64,000 bases of DNA. It comes from Selaginella moellendorffii. Its lineage: Eukaryota > Plantae > Lycopodiophyta. The stretch's first letter is position 1; each line of letters begins with the position of its first letter. The position numbers and the translations under genes were made by a program. The DNA lies in the NCBI RefSeq assembly GCF_000143415.4, contig NW_003314315.1, positions 1 through 64,000 of the forward strand, given 5' to 3'. This document shows positions 12,881 to 25,189 of this stretch, piece after piece. The notes under the pieces were generated by a model, which had not been told where the DNA came from, made no database searches, and saw only the letters and a program-made list of their open reading frames with translations.

Positions 12881-14994
12881 GGGTTTAGATCTACTCGTTC
12901 GTTTGTGTCATCTTTACAGTCTTCGTAGGGCTTCCGACATTCTTATAGTCAAAGTCGGAAGGAACAGGATTGGTAAGCAGGACATTGACGGGAAATGCAA
13001 CAGGATGGTGTCCACGGCTGGCTTCTTGCAGTCCATTCTTACAGCCAATCTAAACAATGGCTGCCAATCAATGGGCAGAGATCAAGTTGAAGCTGGAAAG
13101 CCACTTGAGAAGCATGAAACTTGGTGACACTAGATCGTTCAACCCAGATGCTTAACGGGTCATCTTTCTAGAGCATTGATTGGAATGGAAGTTAGTTAGT
13201 AAGAATCGGCTGTGATACTTTTGCCTACGGTGGAACCTCGAAGCCATCATAAAAAGGAAACTGCACAAAACAACTGGAAACGCAGAGACAATTGATCCAA
13301 CACTTTTTTCTGTTCACGTTTCTTCCATACCGTGGGCTTGTCAATCACCATGAGACAGTTATCACTAGTAATTGGCTCCTGAAACGTTTGTGTCTTCTTG
13401 GATAGCAACAAGCATAGCTCGTTGAGATCAATGAGTTCACCATTGCGATATCTATTCAGAAGGCCAAATCTAGAGAGAGAGAGAGAGAGCATTAAGAATT
13501 CTATCTGGATCCTAAATGTCACTTCTCACCACATTCTCACAAACAGATCTTGGAATAAGCACAGCATCCCATTCTGGCATTCCAAACAGTCTCATACTCT
13601 TGATAATTTTTGTTTAAGAAATTTCTGTAAGATTAATATATACATTATGATGTAATTTCAATCACAATTCTTTAAAAAATTGTAATTTTTTATATAATTT
13701 ATACTATAATTTAATAATATAAAAATTTATAAAAAATATTGTGAAGATTATAACATTTTAATTAAGCAATATATAGTTTAAAATTGGCTTTAAATGTTTA
13801 TTTTCTTGAGTTTCACTAAAAAAAATAAGCCTTAGTTTAAAAAAGGAAACAACCATGCATGGCCATCCACAACTTTATTTGTAAAGCTCAAATACAGAAT
13901 ACCAATAAAAACAATTATTTAAACAATAAATAATCATATATGTAAAAGATGCAAAAGTAATATATCACCTCTCATGTAAAAAATTATAATTATAACTTAA
14001 TTTAAAAATAAAAACCCAAATTGTTTTAAAGGGATGCAACATGTGTTGCTATATATACAAAAATAAAAATGCTTTGCATATTGTTGTTGTTATATAATAT
14101 TATTATTATAAAATTATATTATAAAAGTAAATTGTTACATGAGTTATACCAAGAAACACGTCCAAGATATATTTATATTACATTTAGATAAAAAATAAAA
14201 ATAAATTATTAATTTACAAAAATCTTTGATATATTTCAGAAACAGTTACCCATTTGTTATAAAAATATCAATAGTTAAATAGTTTGCTTAATTTTGTATT
14301 GAAATGCATTCAATATTATAAGTTCAGTTGAAAAATTTAATAAGTGAATAAGATTGTTGGGAAACTCTCTAATTACAGTATGAGACTTTAAATCCCTTAA
14401 AAACACAAAAATTTCAAACTCTTTTGTTTTTACAAAGAAAATCTCTACACATATGTGGTCACTGGTGATGGTCTCCTAGACAGCGAGAGTTCCTCGTCGG
14501 CTCAGTCGTGGCAAATGCTGCCAGACACTTCACACGAAGAATTGACACGTACTAGGACGTGATCAGACAGATCCAATAGTATCACCACTCTAGAATCCTC
14601 TGCAGGAAAAGCACAAAGTGTTGTGAGCAAGCAAGACAATAACATGGTAGTCATAAAGCCTGAGAATAGATTGAAGACCGAGTATCACAATAACATGAGG
14701 TTACCCAGCAGTTTAGCTAATCTAATTAAATGATTTCACCTTTCTGAGCTAAGTGTACTTTCGAGGTAGAGAATTATGGCACAGACATAGGATATCCTTA
14801 AGGAAAGCGAGCATCGCTCACATCACTAGTGCCTCCAACTTAAGAAAAATAGGCCAAATAGTGCTTTAGTTATTCAAAGTCCTTGCACTGCCGAATCCAT
14901 TCTTCAGGAAGCACAAGTACTTCTTGGATGGCACTTGCACTCTTCCTATCCTACTAAACCACATTACATAAGTAACCATAGTAAACACAGCCCG

Positions 14995-15255
14995 AATGGA
15001 TCTGGGACGTACAATTTTGCCTTGCTTCTCAACACATTGTCCAGGATAACTTTGGTAAAATCCACGCACTTTGACAGCGCAAGAAGGAATGAGGATACAT
15101 CTGCCAAGAACTGGTCATCCTTTGACCCCTCGAACTTTGGAGCCACCACCACGCTCTCTTAGAAGGCAGTAATGTCATCGAGTGCCACCACCCGCTTGAA
15201 ATCCCGAAACCCTACATGATCAAGGATTCTTGATTTCCTTTAAACGAACAAACGC
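14995..15255 (-). pseudogene. Third SCP-like phosphatase fragment (3' half)
   Basis: VVVAPKFEGSKDDQFLADV..FLLALSKCVDFTKV matches 7260-7600. Confidence 0.8.
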
Positions 15256-15500
15256 AGTTGCCTCCTCGACACAGGCCTCCCAGTGGGATTCAGATGGTCA
15301 ACCACAAAGTTGGTATAAAGTATTGTCTTAGCAGGAAAGTGAGCACCTAAGGATTAGTGCCTCCAATTAAAAAATGCATCAGTTAGCTTTGAGGAGGGGA
15401 GATCTACTAGCGGCTCCGCGTATAATAGTAGCATTTTATTTAAACTCGGGCGGCAACCAAACCCATACATCCATATCCAGAGCCACAGTACATATCCAGT

Positions 15501-16060
15501 TTACAGGTTGCCAGTAGTGACTGTCTTGGGACACATCTTGGTGCAGCCAAAGCCATTCCGCTCGCAGCAGTAGTGCTCCACACCATCCTCGCACTTCCAC
15601 AGGCAGCCAAATCCATTCTTGAGACAGCAGGAGTACTTTTTCGATGTCTCACAGTTCTGCATGCACCCAAACCCATTCTTAAGGCAGCACTGGTAATTTT
15701 TGCCTTTGTCGCACTCCTGCATGCAGCCCCATCCGTTCCTGAGGCAACAGTAAGTTTCGCCAACAACGCTGCTTAGTGCTGCACACAAAAGAAATGATGG
15801 AAACAACAGTTTGAAGAGCTCAGCCGGGGTGAATATATTTGCAGCACCTTTGTTTTCCAGGATAGTAGACACATATCGTGGATCATGCGTCGCATCCACC
15901 CCTCCCGCAAAGATCGTGTCTGTGGAACAACACTTTTCAGCATTACGCAAATGAAAATTTGCAATATACCTGCTTCATTGCCCACACGAGTAGCATTGAC
16001 AGTTGCGAGCACCAGCAATGGCAGCACAAGAACGATGCAGGAAACTGGACGCAGGGCCAT
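15501..16060 (-). CDS. Secreted cysteine-rich peptide precursor with 4 tandem CCxxNG[FW]GCxxxC repeats, copy 1 (146 aa)
   Basis: Exons 16060-15970, 15919-15848, 15778-15501 (GT-AG introns of 50 and 69 bp): MALRPVSCIVLVLPLLVLATVNA-TRVGNEADTIFAGGVDATHDPRYVSTILENKALSSVVGET-YCCLRNGWGCMQECDKGKN-YQCCLKNGFGCMQNCETSKK-YSCCLKNGFGCLWKCEDGVE-HYCCERNGFGCTKMCPKTVTTGNL. Confidence 0.85.
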
Positions 16061-16834
16061 GACTATCTGAAGAAGCACACTAACAAGAAACAGCAGAAGC
16101 AGGATCTGATAGAAGTGGCATTTCATGTGTCCTATTTAAAGAAACCTAAGACCTCACAGTATCTTACTGGTCCCCAGGGGACCAGTATGATACTAGGAAT
16201 AAGTTAGGACCATCAGTGAGAGCGAGAGGTTCTTGTGGGCCTCCAAACACATAAGGCATGATAGACAACGAGAAGTCGGGACCACTTTCGAAGTTTGTAT
16301 GATCCCTTTATTTGTGCCCAAGTGATATGACATACCAGATAGAGACTAAATTGCCAACAGTTTTCAAGGTTTGGTTTGTTCTCTTGATAAATGTTTAAAA
16401 GTGCGAAACAACAGTCGCTCCTAGTTTCAACAAGCCCTTCTGTACAATCACGAGTCAAAACATCAGAACGTTCATCCTGCTCCTGGGCTACGCCATTGTT
16501 TTTCTCATGTCCGTGTTCACGCGGGTTCAGCAACTGACATCGCTGCCCCCTTCTTGTCCTGCTTGAACTTTCTGTTCGATGACCACATCACAGAACGAGA
16601 AATAGTACTGAACTTTTGGGTTGGTAGCCCAATGAGTTTAGTGCTGTTCTGGCTTACCATGGTAGCCTTGAAGCCTTCCTTTCGAACTCAGAACTTGACT
16701 TGGCTTCGTTCTCCCCCCGAGCGTCCGTTATCCAGATCCAGCCAGTCCTGAATCTCATCCCTCAATCCGGACCGGTAGTAGATGCGCTTACTGAATTCGG
16801 GTATTGCCTCCGTCATCCTAGACAAGAGCTCCGT

Positions 16835-16947
16835 AGTCATTTAATCCATCCTTGTATGCCCTCCATCGCGCTCACTTCTCTTCTTCATCACTAAGGAGAA
16901 TGCACTCTTTCAAGCAGTACGGCAACGAAAGCTTGCAATACCACTAG
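16835..16947 (+). pseudogene. BRCC45 terminal exon relic
   Basis: TTCATCACTAAGGAGAATGC..TTCAAGCAGTACGGCAACGAAAGCTTGCAATACCACTAG matches the last exon of the gene at 47494-47560; inverted copy at ~23100-23200. Confidence 0.7.
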
Positions 16948-16971
16948 CCATGTCGGCCACCTCTACTTTGA

Positions 16972-18210
16972 TCACGCTGGAACCGCTACAGCCTCCACTG
17001 ATAGAAGCTTCCCTTTGGTTTTGCAGCTTTCCAAGATCTGTGCTTGCGTTTTCTTGTTGTAACTCATTCGGTGGGACTTCATCACTCTGTAGAGACGACG
17101 AACGTTTTCTATATCACCGCCCGCGGCATAGGCTCGGATCATCGTCTGCCACCATTCCAGATTCTTTGTCTTTACGCTCTGAAACACCACCTCGGCGTCC
17201 TTCAGGCTGCCCAGCCGGATGAAGAGCTCGAGGAAGCGCCTGGCAGTCTCAAACTCGGTGGCCATCCCCAACGACGATAAGTGTGCGTGCAGCGCTCGAG
17301 CATCCTCCAGGCTCGAGCACGCATTCATCGCCTCTTGGCACATCTTCGCGTTTAGAGACGTTTGCTGTGCCGGGTCCATGTTGAGGAACAGCTTGAGCAC
17401 CTCCCTCGACTGTCCTCTCTTCTTATACGCCCCCCACACCTTCTTCCAGGTCTCGGATCCAGCGTCAACGATGACAGATCCTAAAGCTTTGCTGGCCTCC
17501 TCGATCGCTCCAACCTTGTCATACGTATCGATGAGCTGATTGACGACGGGCAAATGCGAGCGCCACCGCGAGGTCGCGAGGCAAAAGTGGACGAGCTTGG
17601 CCTCCTTGAGACCGCCCATCTCCCCACAGGCCTTGAGAACCTCCGTGTAAGTCACGGGCAGTGGCGGCGAGCCATCCAGTATCATGTCCCGGAAGAGATT
17701 GAAAGCGTCGCGATGCCGTCCATTCTCGGCCATGGCGACGATCGCCGCCGTCCAGCCCTGCTCGTTCTGCCGCCGCAAGCCCCGAAAGACCGATACCGCC
17801 GCGTCGGGGAGGCCGCATTTTCCATACGCCGTGATGAGCATCGTACCCAGCGATCGATTGCAGCGCTCGGTCATGACTATGTGATTGTGAACCCTGCGAA
17901 GATCCGGTGCCGCCTTGAAGCTGATACAGTGCCGGAGCATACCTTCTAGGGTCGCCGTCGTCGCCTCGCAGCCCTGGCATTCCAGGAGCTCCACATCCTT
18001 GCCGACGATCCCCGTCGCCTCGGCCGGATCGTAATCTACCGATGCTGGCTTGGCGACTGTGGCGACAAGCAGCAGGGAATCGCGCGGCCGCGGCGGCGGC
18101 GGAGTGTAGGGCTCCTCTGCGTCGCGCCGCGTGTTCCTAAGCTTGCTGCGCATCAGCGCCTTGGCGACGATCTCCCTCGTCTTTGGCCCATCGAGCCGGC
18201 CGAGCCGCAT
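16972..18210 (-). CDS. Pentatricopeptide repeat protein, intronless, 412 aa
   Basis: LGTMLITAYGKCGLPDAAVSVF, WTAAIVAMAENGRHRDAFNLFRDMILDG, VTYTEVLKACG, NQLIDTYDKVGAIEEA, WQTMIRAYAAGG. Confidence 0.85.
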   Translation of the reverse strand: MRLGRLDGPKTREIVAKALMRSKLRNTRRDAEEPYTPPPPRPRDSLLLVATVAKPASVDYDPAEATGIVGKDVELLECQGCEATTATLEGMLRHCISFKAAPDLRRVHNHIVMTERCNRSLGTMLITAYGKCGLPDAAVSVFRGLRRQNEQGWTAAIVAMAENGRHRDAFNLFRDMILDGSPPLPVTYTEVLKACGEMGGLKEAKLVHFCLATSRWRSHLPVVNQLIDTYDKVGAIEEASKALGSVIVDAGSETWKKVWGAYKKRGQSREVLKLFLNMDPAQQTSLNAKMCQEAMNACSSLEDARALHAHLSSLGMATEFETARRFLELFIRLGSLKDAEVVFQSVKTKNLEWWQTMIRAYAAGGDIENVRRLYRVMKSHRMSYNKKTQAQILESCKTKGKLLSVEAVAVPA

Positions 18211-18284
18211 TGTCCCAAGAACCCTAAACCCATCCCGTATCCTTTTCCATGCTGTTTTTAGGGTTTTCTAGGTCTTTCGTTGGG

Positions 18285-18450
18285 AAATGGAGATTCCGCG
18301 CTCGAGGAGATCGCCGAGTAACACAACGACCAGTTCTCTGGCATTACTTAGCTGCCAAGCCTTGGTCCCTGATCCAATGTGCTCCAGCGGCGGCGGCGCT
18401 TGGGCCATGGCCGGGGTTGGGCATCAATGACGCGGGTGGCGGAGCCTGTA
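18285..18450 (+). pseudogene. 5' fragment of the TFIIIC subunit gene
   Basis: Matches 26730-27022 with deletions (CGCGCTCGAGGAGATCGC; TGGTCCCTGATCCAATGTGCTCC). Confidence 0.75.
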
Positions 18451-20149
18451 CTCTTTTATCACTTGGACGACCTTCATGACCTGTGTCTGAGGTGAAGGCT
18501 AAGGTGGAGAATCACCGATGACCATGATCAACAAATCCCTGCGAGAAACATCCAAATGTACATCATGGAGCTTGTGTGTGACATGTTGAGGAACTTGAGT
18601 ATGCGAGATTCCGCTGCTAGAAGGGAAATCTCGTGGTGCATTCCCACTGCTGCTCCTGGTAAAGGAGGCACTGAGCTCACTAGGGGGGATCTGGACCTAA
18701 ACCAACGTGTGAAGGCACAGGCTTCTTTGCTTGACCTCGAGTATTTGGGGCGACCGACCGCATGGATGCCAGCAAAACTTTCTTTCCTTTGTCCAAAGGT
18801 GGCGGGGCTTTGATCGCGCGTTGCTGAAAAGTCTGACGATAGCTCGACTCAGCTGCAAACGAGGAGTTGTCCACCAAAGGGTGCTGCAGGACTTACTAAG
18901 GCTGCAGGCGTTGCTCAGGGTGTAACTTCCAACAGCACAATTCGTCCTGCGTACTCGATTTGCAGTGATTGCAAAAGAGACGATGGCATGGAGGACAATC
19001 AGCAGCATACGTCCTAAGGTGTCTCAACTCTAAATCTCTGCTTGCTGTGTCTGCTGTTGTTGGAGGAGAATGTGATATTATTGCATTTCCACCAACGCGG
19101 CATCTACTGTACTTGCAGATGTATCCTCTGGAGCATGAGCTGGAGAAGCTCTGTTGATGAGGCAAGCATGATCAATGACAAGAGAGGCATATATTTGTCA
19201 AATTTGGCAATCCCGAGCTCTAAGAGCATCTCCTTCTCTAGCTGTGCAACAAAGTTGAAAGCCTCTAAGCAGCCAAACCATTGTTTTTCAGCACGTGTTT
19301 TTCACATGTGCTTATGATCTTCACGCTCGCTCCAAGATCTTGTCCGGCTCGTTGCTGCAAATCTCAAGCTTCGCGCACTACAAGCATTGCGTAAACTTCG
19401 CCCATGCATCTAAACATGTCCAACCAGGGACTCTTGATTGCCTCCGGATCGAAACTCTTGATGCAAAAATTAGATAAACGACTTCCAAAAAGCTTTCCTC
19501 CTTGCTTCATATAAAATGCCGCCTTTCTAAAAAGATTCTCAAGATTCCATGCAAGCCTTTAGTGGCCATCTTGTAACTAACCACACAAGCCTCTCCTCCA
19601 GCTCTCAATCTCCTCTGCGATTGCAGTGTTGCACGGACTGCTGATAAGTCTTCCCTCTTGTTTTATTCTCTTTTTTTGGCTTTACCCAAGGAAAGAGTTT
19701 TATGTAAAGAGCTTGTTTTTTAATACTGTGGCGTGTAGAGCTGAAGCTCAAGGCATGGCCGATTCTGGTGAACTTGTAACTACCTGTGGAGCACACCCAT
19801 GGAGCATAGAGCCTTGCTTGCTGTGCCTCACTTGCTGCTGCGGCACAACAACAGCAATCCAGACTCAGAGAAGTTCTTTAGTGTAGTTTGGCTTGTGATT
19901 GTGACTAGCTGCACCAGTCTGCTACTATAGTTGCAAAAAAATAGAGGACTTTTGATGTTGTTGATCTTGTGTTTGTATCGTAATTTTTGCCTTGGAACAA
20001 GCTACTAAACACATGAATCAATTAGAAACTAACTTGAGACCTTCAATTTCCAAGAAGGCTCATGCGAATAAAGATAAACTTAACATTACTAGAATACTTT
20101 AAGTCTTAAGTAAATGGATATGCATTTGCGATAGGTTAAAATATAATAA

Positions 20150-20670
20150 AGATAAGGATAGGGGTCAAATGTTAACTCTTCTCTTTAACTACTCATACAT
20201 AGTGGCAATTGCCACTTTTTCTTGAGTTGTAACCTTGAATGTCAAGGTCGTAATCTTGACTGTCAATAAAATGCTTGAATACATAATTAAATTTGTTGTA
20301 CTTCATTAAGTCTCCTAATACTTGAGGGTAGGTAGTAGATCACCACACCACCTTTGCTATTGACTTCGTTGTAACCAATGCCCTTTTCTATACATAATTT
20401 CTTACCATGGTGCACATCTTTTTGATTGTTGTCTCCAACATTGGCCATATTAAAAGATGGTACCAGATGAATAGGAAGATGATGTTCTTCATCAGCACCA
20501 CCCAAGCCACAAGCCCAAGCTTTCATGGAGTCCCTTTGTGGATCATGGTCTTGATTCTCCTTAGAAGTGTGCCATCTTGGGTTGCTATGTTGAAGTTGAC
20601 TCTCACCTGTATTCCTAAATACCACATGTCCTCACCTAACTTACACCATTGACAACCAATCCTTTAGATC
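20150..20670 (-). mobile_element. Heavily decayed L1-like LINE ORF2 fragment
   Basis: Minus frame YLGIQV...KLGLVAWVVLMKNII...VRNYV*K...AKVVW*STTYPQVLGDL resembles the post-RT L1 motifs YLG.P, LS.AGR..L and KVAW..I.LP..GGL. Confidence 0.5.
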
Positions 20671-21967
20671 TTGTAGCGCTGTCTGGCAGTCACACCATCG
20701 GCCAGGCCCGACTTTTTAGCATTGCACAACTATATTAATGTCATTGGTTTTATTCTAGGATATTCAAACCAATGAAGTAAAGGATGAAGTAGAGGTAAGA
20801 CACTATAAGCTTACTTTTGTCTATGACTAACAAAATTACAAGGAGAATAATTACTTTATGAGCAAGAGGACAATCTAAACTCTAACAAGGTAATTTATAT
20901 GTTTTTTGATACATCTTCACTTGTTTAGGAAATGTAGACCATTGAAGATCCTCTTGAGAAAAGGCAAGGTTTGATTATTATTTTGCAGGAAAAAAAAAAC
21001 TGCAGTGAAGTTTTCAACATACCCTTGAATAGACGTAAATACAATCAGTACAGAACTCAATGGTGTTTAAAAGGCATAATTGGGTTTCCTTGCTAGATTT
21101 TGATGCTGAAGCTAAACTTGAGCAATTAATTAATTGAGTATTGCTTAAAGCCTGGAGTAGGCGTGATGTTGATCCTTAAGAGGATATGAGATGGATGAAA
21201 TTCCATATCCACTAGAAGACTCTTCAAGGAGTATAAGTTTATACATATGATTTCTTATGCTCTTGCCGTAAGTGTGTTATAATATAGATTTGTATTTATA
21301 ACAGTTCTTTCTTTTTGGTTGAAGGCAAGGAGGGAGCATGAGGAGCAATCTACGTGAAAAAGGGTATATGTGTTTGAAAGAGTACAATAGTTATTGCAAA
21401 CAAGACTCTATAAAGATGCATGTGGTTGGGGCCAGTCTGTCCATATACTGGTAAAGCATAGTATATATTTGTATTATTGTTAATCTTTAAAATAGTCCTT
21501 GGTGAAAGAAAAAAGAACTATTAGTACTTGTGTTAATAGTTTAATTCTTGCATTGTTTTTCTATTCAAACATATTATTCACCATTCAAATAGTGAAACAT
21601 GTCAATAAAACTGAGTGCAGATTGTTGCAGTTTATAGTATATAATTTAGCTATGTATGGCCAAACTACAGTCTAATATAACTCCTAGTGAGTAGGAAGTG
21701 GCATAGTTCACCTAGCCACAAGTTTCTAGTTGTATTGAATCCCTAGGGGACATAGTGCAGCTGCACCACGCCCATCTATATTTGTGCAATGTTTTCACTA
21801 CATGCTTAGTTTTTCCTTGACACAACGACGCCTTACTTCTCATCAATTCGGTTTGTTAATATGATATTTTCTTTGGATAGTGCCAAGTAGTATGTTATGC
21901 GGCACTTCACATGATTGTGGACAGGCAGCTGGGAACAAACTATTGCAATAGCAATGACCTCTCTTTT

Positions 21968-22612
21968 TCTATGCAGCTCAGCTCACTTTTTTTCCATGTC
22001 ATCTCGCTGAATACTTGTAGTTCACAAGGATATGCCTGTCCTTTCTGGAAGACCGATAGAGGAGGAAATGCAGCAGCTGGAGCGGTTTGGTGCTTGTATT
22101 AGCACAACAGTGTTGGCATCTTTTTCAACTGCCACATTGGATAATGAATTAGGATAGCCACCAGTTTCCCGTCGTTTTCATTCTCATTTTCTCTCTGTGG
22201 TTCTTAGGAAATAGTGGATCGCTTTTGGTTTTCCATGTTTGACTGTTAGTAATTCCGCTAGTTTAAACTAATGAAGCTATTTCAGACAAGGACAAAAATA
22301 CCTCTAACATTGTCAAACCATCCTTGTTGTAAATCTGCTGAGATCAACAAGTTGTTCTGTAACCTGTCCTCCTTTCGGACCCTTGACCTTGACACCGCCT
22401 ACTGTTTTGTTAACCGTTTAATGACCTTGAGCAGCATTTTAGGTTAGAAAGCAGCATCCTTTACCTGCCGACCAAGATCGGACACAACAAGAATCTTCGA
22501 AAACAAAAGAAAAACGCAGGCAAAACAGGAGTGATTACCTTTCCATCAGCTTCCACAAATGGCTCTCATTGCCGGCACATAACCGTTCATCGTCAACTGC
22601 TTTCCACCATTG
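21968..22612 (-). pseudogene. Inverted, deletion-riddled internal fragment of the TFIIIC subunit gene
   Basis: Reverse complement of ~27529-28612 including intron sequence, compressed by many deletions. Confidence 0.8.
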
Positions 22613-23086
22613 GCGCTGGATCCGAGACCTGGAAGAAGGTATAAGAAGAGAGGACAGGTGCTCAAGTTGTTCCCCAATACGGACCCGGCACAGCAAACGT
22701 CTCTAAACCCAAAGATGTGCCAAGACGCGATGAATGCGTGCTCGAGCCTGGAGGACGCTCGAGCGCTGCATGCACACTTATCGTCGTTGGGGATGGCCAC
22801 CGAGTTTGAGACTGCCAGACGCTTCCTCGAGCTCTTCATCCGGCTGGGCAGCCTGAAGGACGCCGAGGTGGTGTTTCAGAGTGTACAGACAAAGAATCTG
22901 GAATGGTGGCAGACGATGATCCGAGCCTATGCTGCGGGCGGTGATATAGAAAACGTTCATCGTCTCTACAAAGTGAGGAAGTCCCACCGAATGAGTTACA
23001 ACAAGACAACGCAAGCACAGATCTTGGAAAGCTGCAAAACAAAAGGGAAGCTTCTATCAGTGGAGGCTGTAGCGGTTCCAGCGTGA
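22612..23086 (+). pseudogene. 3' half of the PPR gene (duplicate of 16972-17465)
   Basis: Near-identical C-terminus ...KTKGKLLSVEAVAVPA; 5' half missing here. Confidence 0.85.
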
Positions 23087-23993
23087 TCAAAGAAGAGGTG
23101 GCCAACATTGCAAGCTTTCGCTGCCGTACTGCTTGAAAGAAGCATTCTCCTGAGTGATGAAGAGAAATGAGCGCGATGGAGGGTATACAAGGATGGACAA
23201 AATGACTACGGAGCTCTTGTCTAGGATGACGGAGGCAATACCCGAATTCAGTAAGTGCGTCTACTACTCGTCCGGATTGAGGGATGAGATTCAGGAGTGG
23301 CTGAACTTAACTTGGCTTCTTTCTCTGCTTTCCACACTAACAGATCAAAGGTGGCATCTGTCATCCAGATCGAGAGTTCGAAAGCAAGGCTTCTACGTCA
23401 GACAAGGCTACCATGGTAAGCGAGAACAGCACTAGACTCATTGGGCTACCAACCCAAAAGCTCAGTACTATTTCTCGGTCTGTGGCGGGGTCATCGAACA
23501 GGAAGCTGAAGAAGTTCAAGCAGGACAAGAAGGGACCTTTGGTGGCGGCAACGTCAGTTCGCTAGAAGAAAGATGATTGCTAAACCCGCGTGAACACTGA
23601 CATGATAAAAACAATGGAGCTGCTAGGAGCAGGATGAACGTTCTGATGTTTTGATCTCGTGATTGTACAGAAAGGCTTGTTGAAACTTGACCCCTGTTTA
23701 GGAGTGAGTGTTGTTCACCTCTAAATATTTATCAAGAGAACAAACCAAACCTTGAAAATGCTATTGGCAATTTAGTCTCTATCTGGTAGTTGGCCACAAA
23801 TAAAGGGACTTTCAAGTGGTCCCGACTATCTCGTTGTGTATCATGCCTTAGGTGTTTGGAGGCCCACAAGAAACTCTCGCTCTCACTGATGGTCCTAACT
23901 TATTCCTAGTATCTTACCGGTCCCCGCATACTGTTTCTTTAAATTGGACACATGAAATGCCACTTCTATCTGATCTGCTGTTTTCAGATAGTC

Positions 23994-24554
23994 ATGGCCC
24001 TGGCTCCAGTTACCTGCATCGTTCTTGTGCTGCCATTCCTGGTGCTCGCAGCTGTCAATGCTACTCGCGTCGACAATGAAGCAGGTATATTGCAAATTTT
24101 CATTTGCGTAATGCTGAAAAGTGTTGTTCCACAGAAACGATCTTTGCGGGAGGGGTGGATGCGACACATGATCCACGATATGTGTCTACTATCCTGGAAA
24201 AAGAAGGTGCTGCAAATATATTCAACCCTGGCTGAGCTCTTCAAACTGTTGTTTCCATGATTTCTTTTGTGTGCAGCACTAAGCAGCGTTGTGGGCGAAA
24301 CTTACTGTTGCCTCAAGAACGGATGGGGCTGCATGCAGGAGTGCGAGAAAGGAAAAGAGTACCAGTGCTGCCTCAGGAATGGGTTTGGGTGCATGCAGAA
24401 CTGTGAGACATCGAAAAAGTACTCCTGCTGCCTCAAGAATGGATTCGGCTGCCTGTGGAAGTGCGAGGATGGTGTGGAGCACTACTGCTGCGCGCGGAAT
24501 GGCTTTGGCTGCACCAAGATGTGTCCCAAAACAGTCACTACTGGCAACCTGTAA
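23994..24554 (+). CDS. Secreted cysteine-rich peptide precursor, copy 2 (146 aa)
   Basis: Exons 23994-24084, 24135-24206, 24277-24554 (introns of 50 and 70 bp). All 16 repeat Cys conserved. The 1-nt indel relative to copy 1 falls in intron 2. Confidence 0.85.
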
Positions 24555-24839
24555 ACTGGATATGTTCTGTGGCTCTGGATATGGATGTATGGGTTTGGCT
24601 GCCGCCAGAGTTTAAATAAAATGCTACTATTATACGCAGAGCTCTCTTGGCTCCGCTAGTAGATCTCCCATCCTCAAAGCCAACCGATGCATTTTTTAAT
24701 AGGAGGCACTAGTGCTGCCAATGAATCCTTAGGTGCTCACTTTCCTATGTTTTCGTTGGAATTGGGGCAGACGTGGCAAGGCCCATGCCTTTAAGGAGGC
24801 CTTTAAGGAATGTGTGGATGTCAACTTTGTACTGGGAGG

Positions 24840-25090
24840 CTCGTTTGTTCGTTTAAAGGACTAAAATCAAGATCCTTGACCATGTATGTTTCGGGATTTC
24901 AAGCTGGTGGTAGCACTCGATGACATTATTGACTTCTACCAAGGTCAAGGGAGCGTGGTGGTGGCTCCAAAGTCTGAGGGGTCAAAGGATGACCACTTCT
25001 TGTAACCCCGTTCCTTCTTGCGCTACCAAAGTTATCCATCTGGAATATTGGACAATGTGTTGAGAAGCAAGGCAAATTGTACGTCCCAGA
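24840..25090 (+). pseudogene. Fourth SCP-like phosphatase fragment
   Basis: GTGGTGGTGGCTCCAAAGTCTGAGGGGTCAAAGGATGACCACTTC; inverted partner of 14995-15255. Confidence 0.75.
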
Positions 25091-25111
25091 TCTATTTGGG
25101 TTGTGTTTACT

Positions 25112-25189
25112 ATGGTTACTTATGACTGCTGTGAGAGGAATGGCTTTGTCTGCCCCAAAATGTGTCCCTATGAAGAATGCCAGGAATAA
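25112..25189 (+). pseudogene. Relic of a diverged CRP paralog
   Basis: VTYDCCERNGFVCPKMCPYEECQE*: same repeat, different tail. Confidence 0.65.

Larger units (their letters stand above)
14243..17470. repeat. Left arm of ~3.2 kb inverted duplication (partner 22610-25881)
   Basis: Reverse-complement colinearity across AT-rich flank, phosphatase relic, CRP gene, BRCC45 relic and PPR 3' half. Confidence 0.9.

Noticed and set aside
15501-16126. ORF-track proteins of 149 aa (15501-15950) and 117 aa (15773-16126) as the real products
   Set aside because: They read through introns; the 1-nt indel between the copies lies in intron 2 and only the spliced model is conserved.
18480-19900. Coding-like segment inside the inverted-repeat spacer (possible enzyme relic)
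   Set aside because: No consistent frame or recognisable motif; cannot be assigned without a search.
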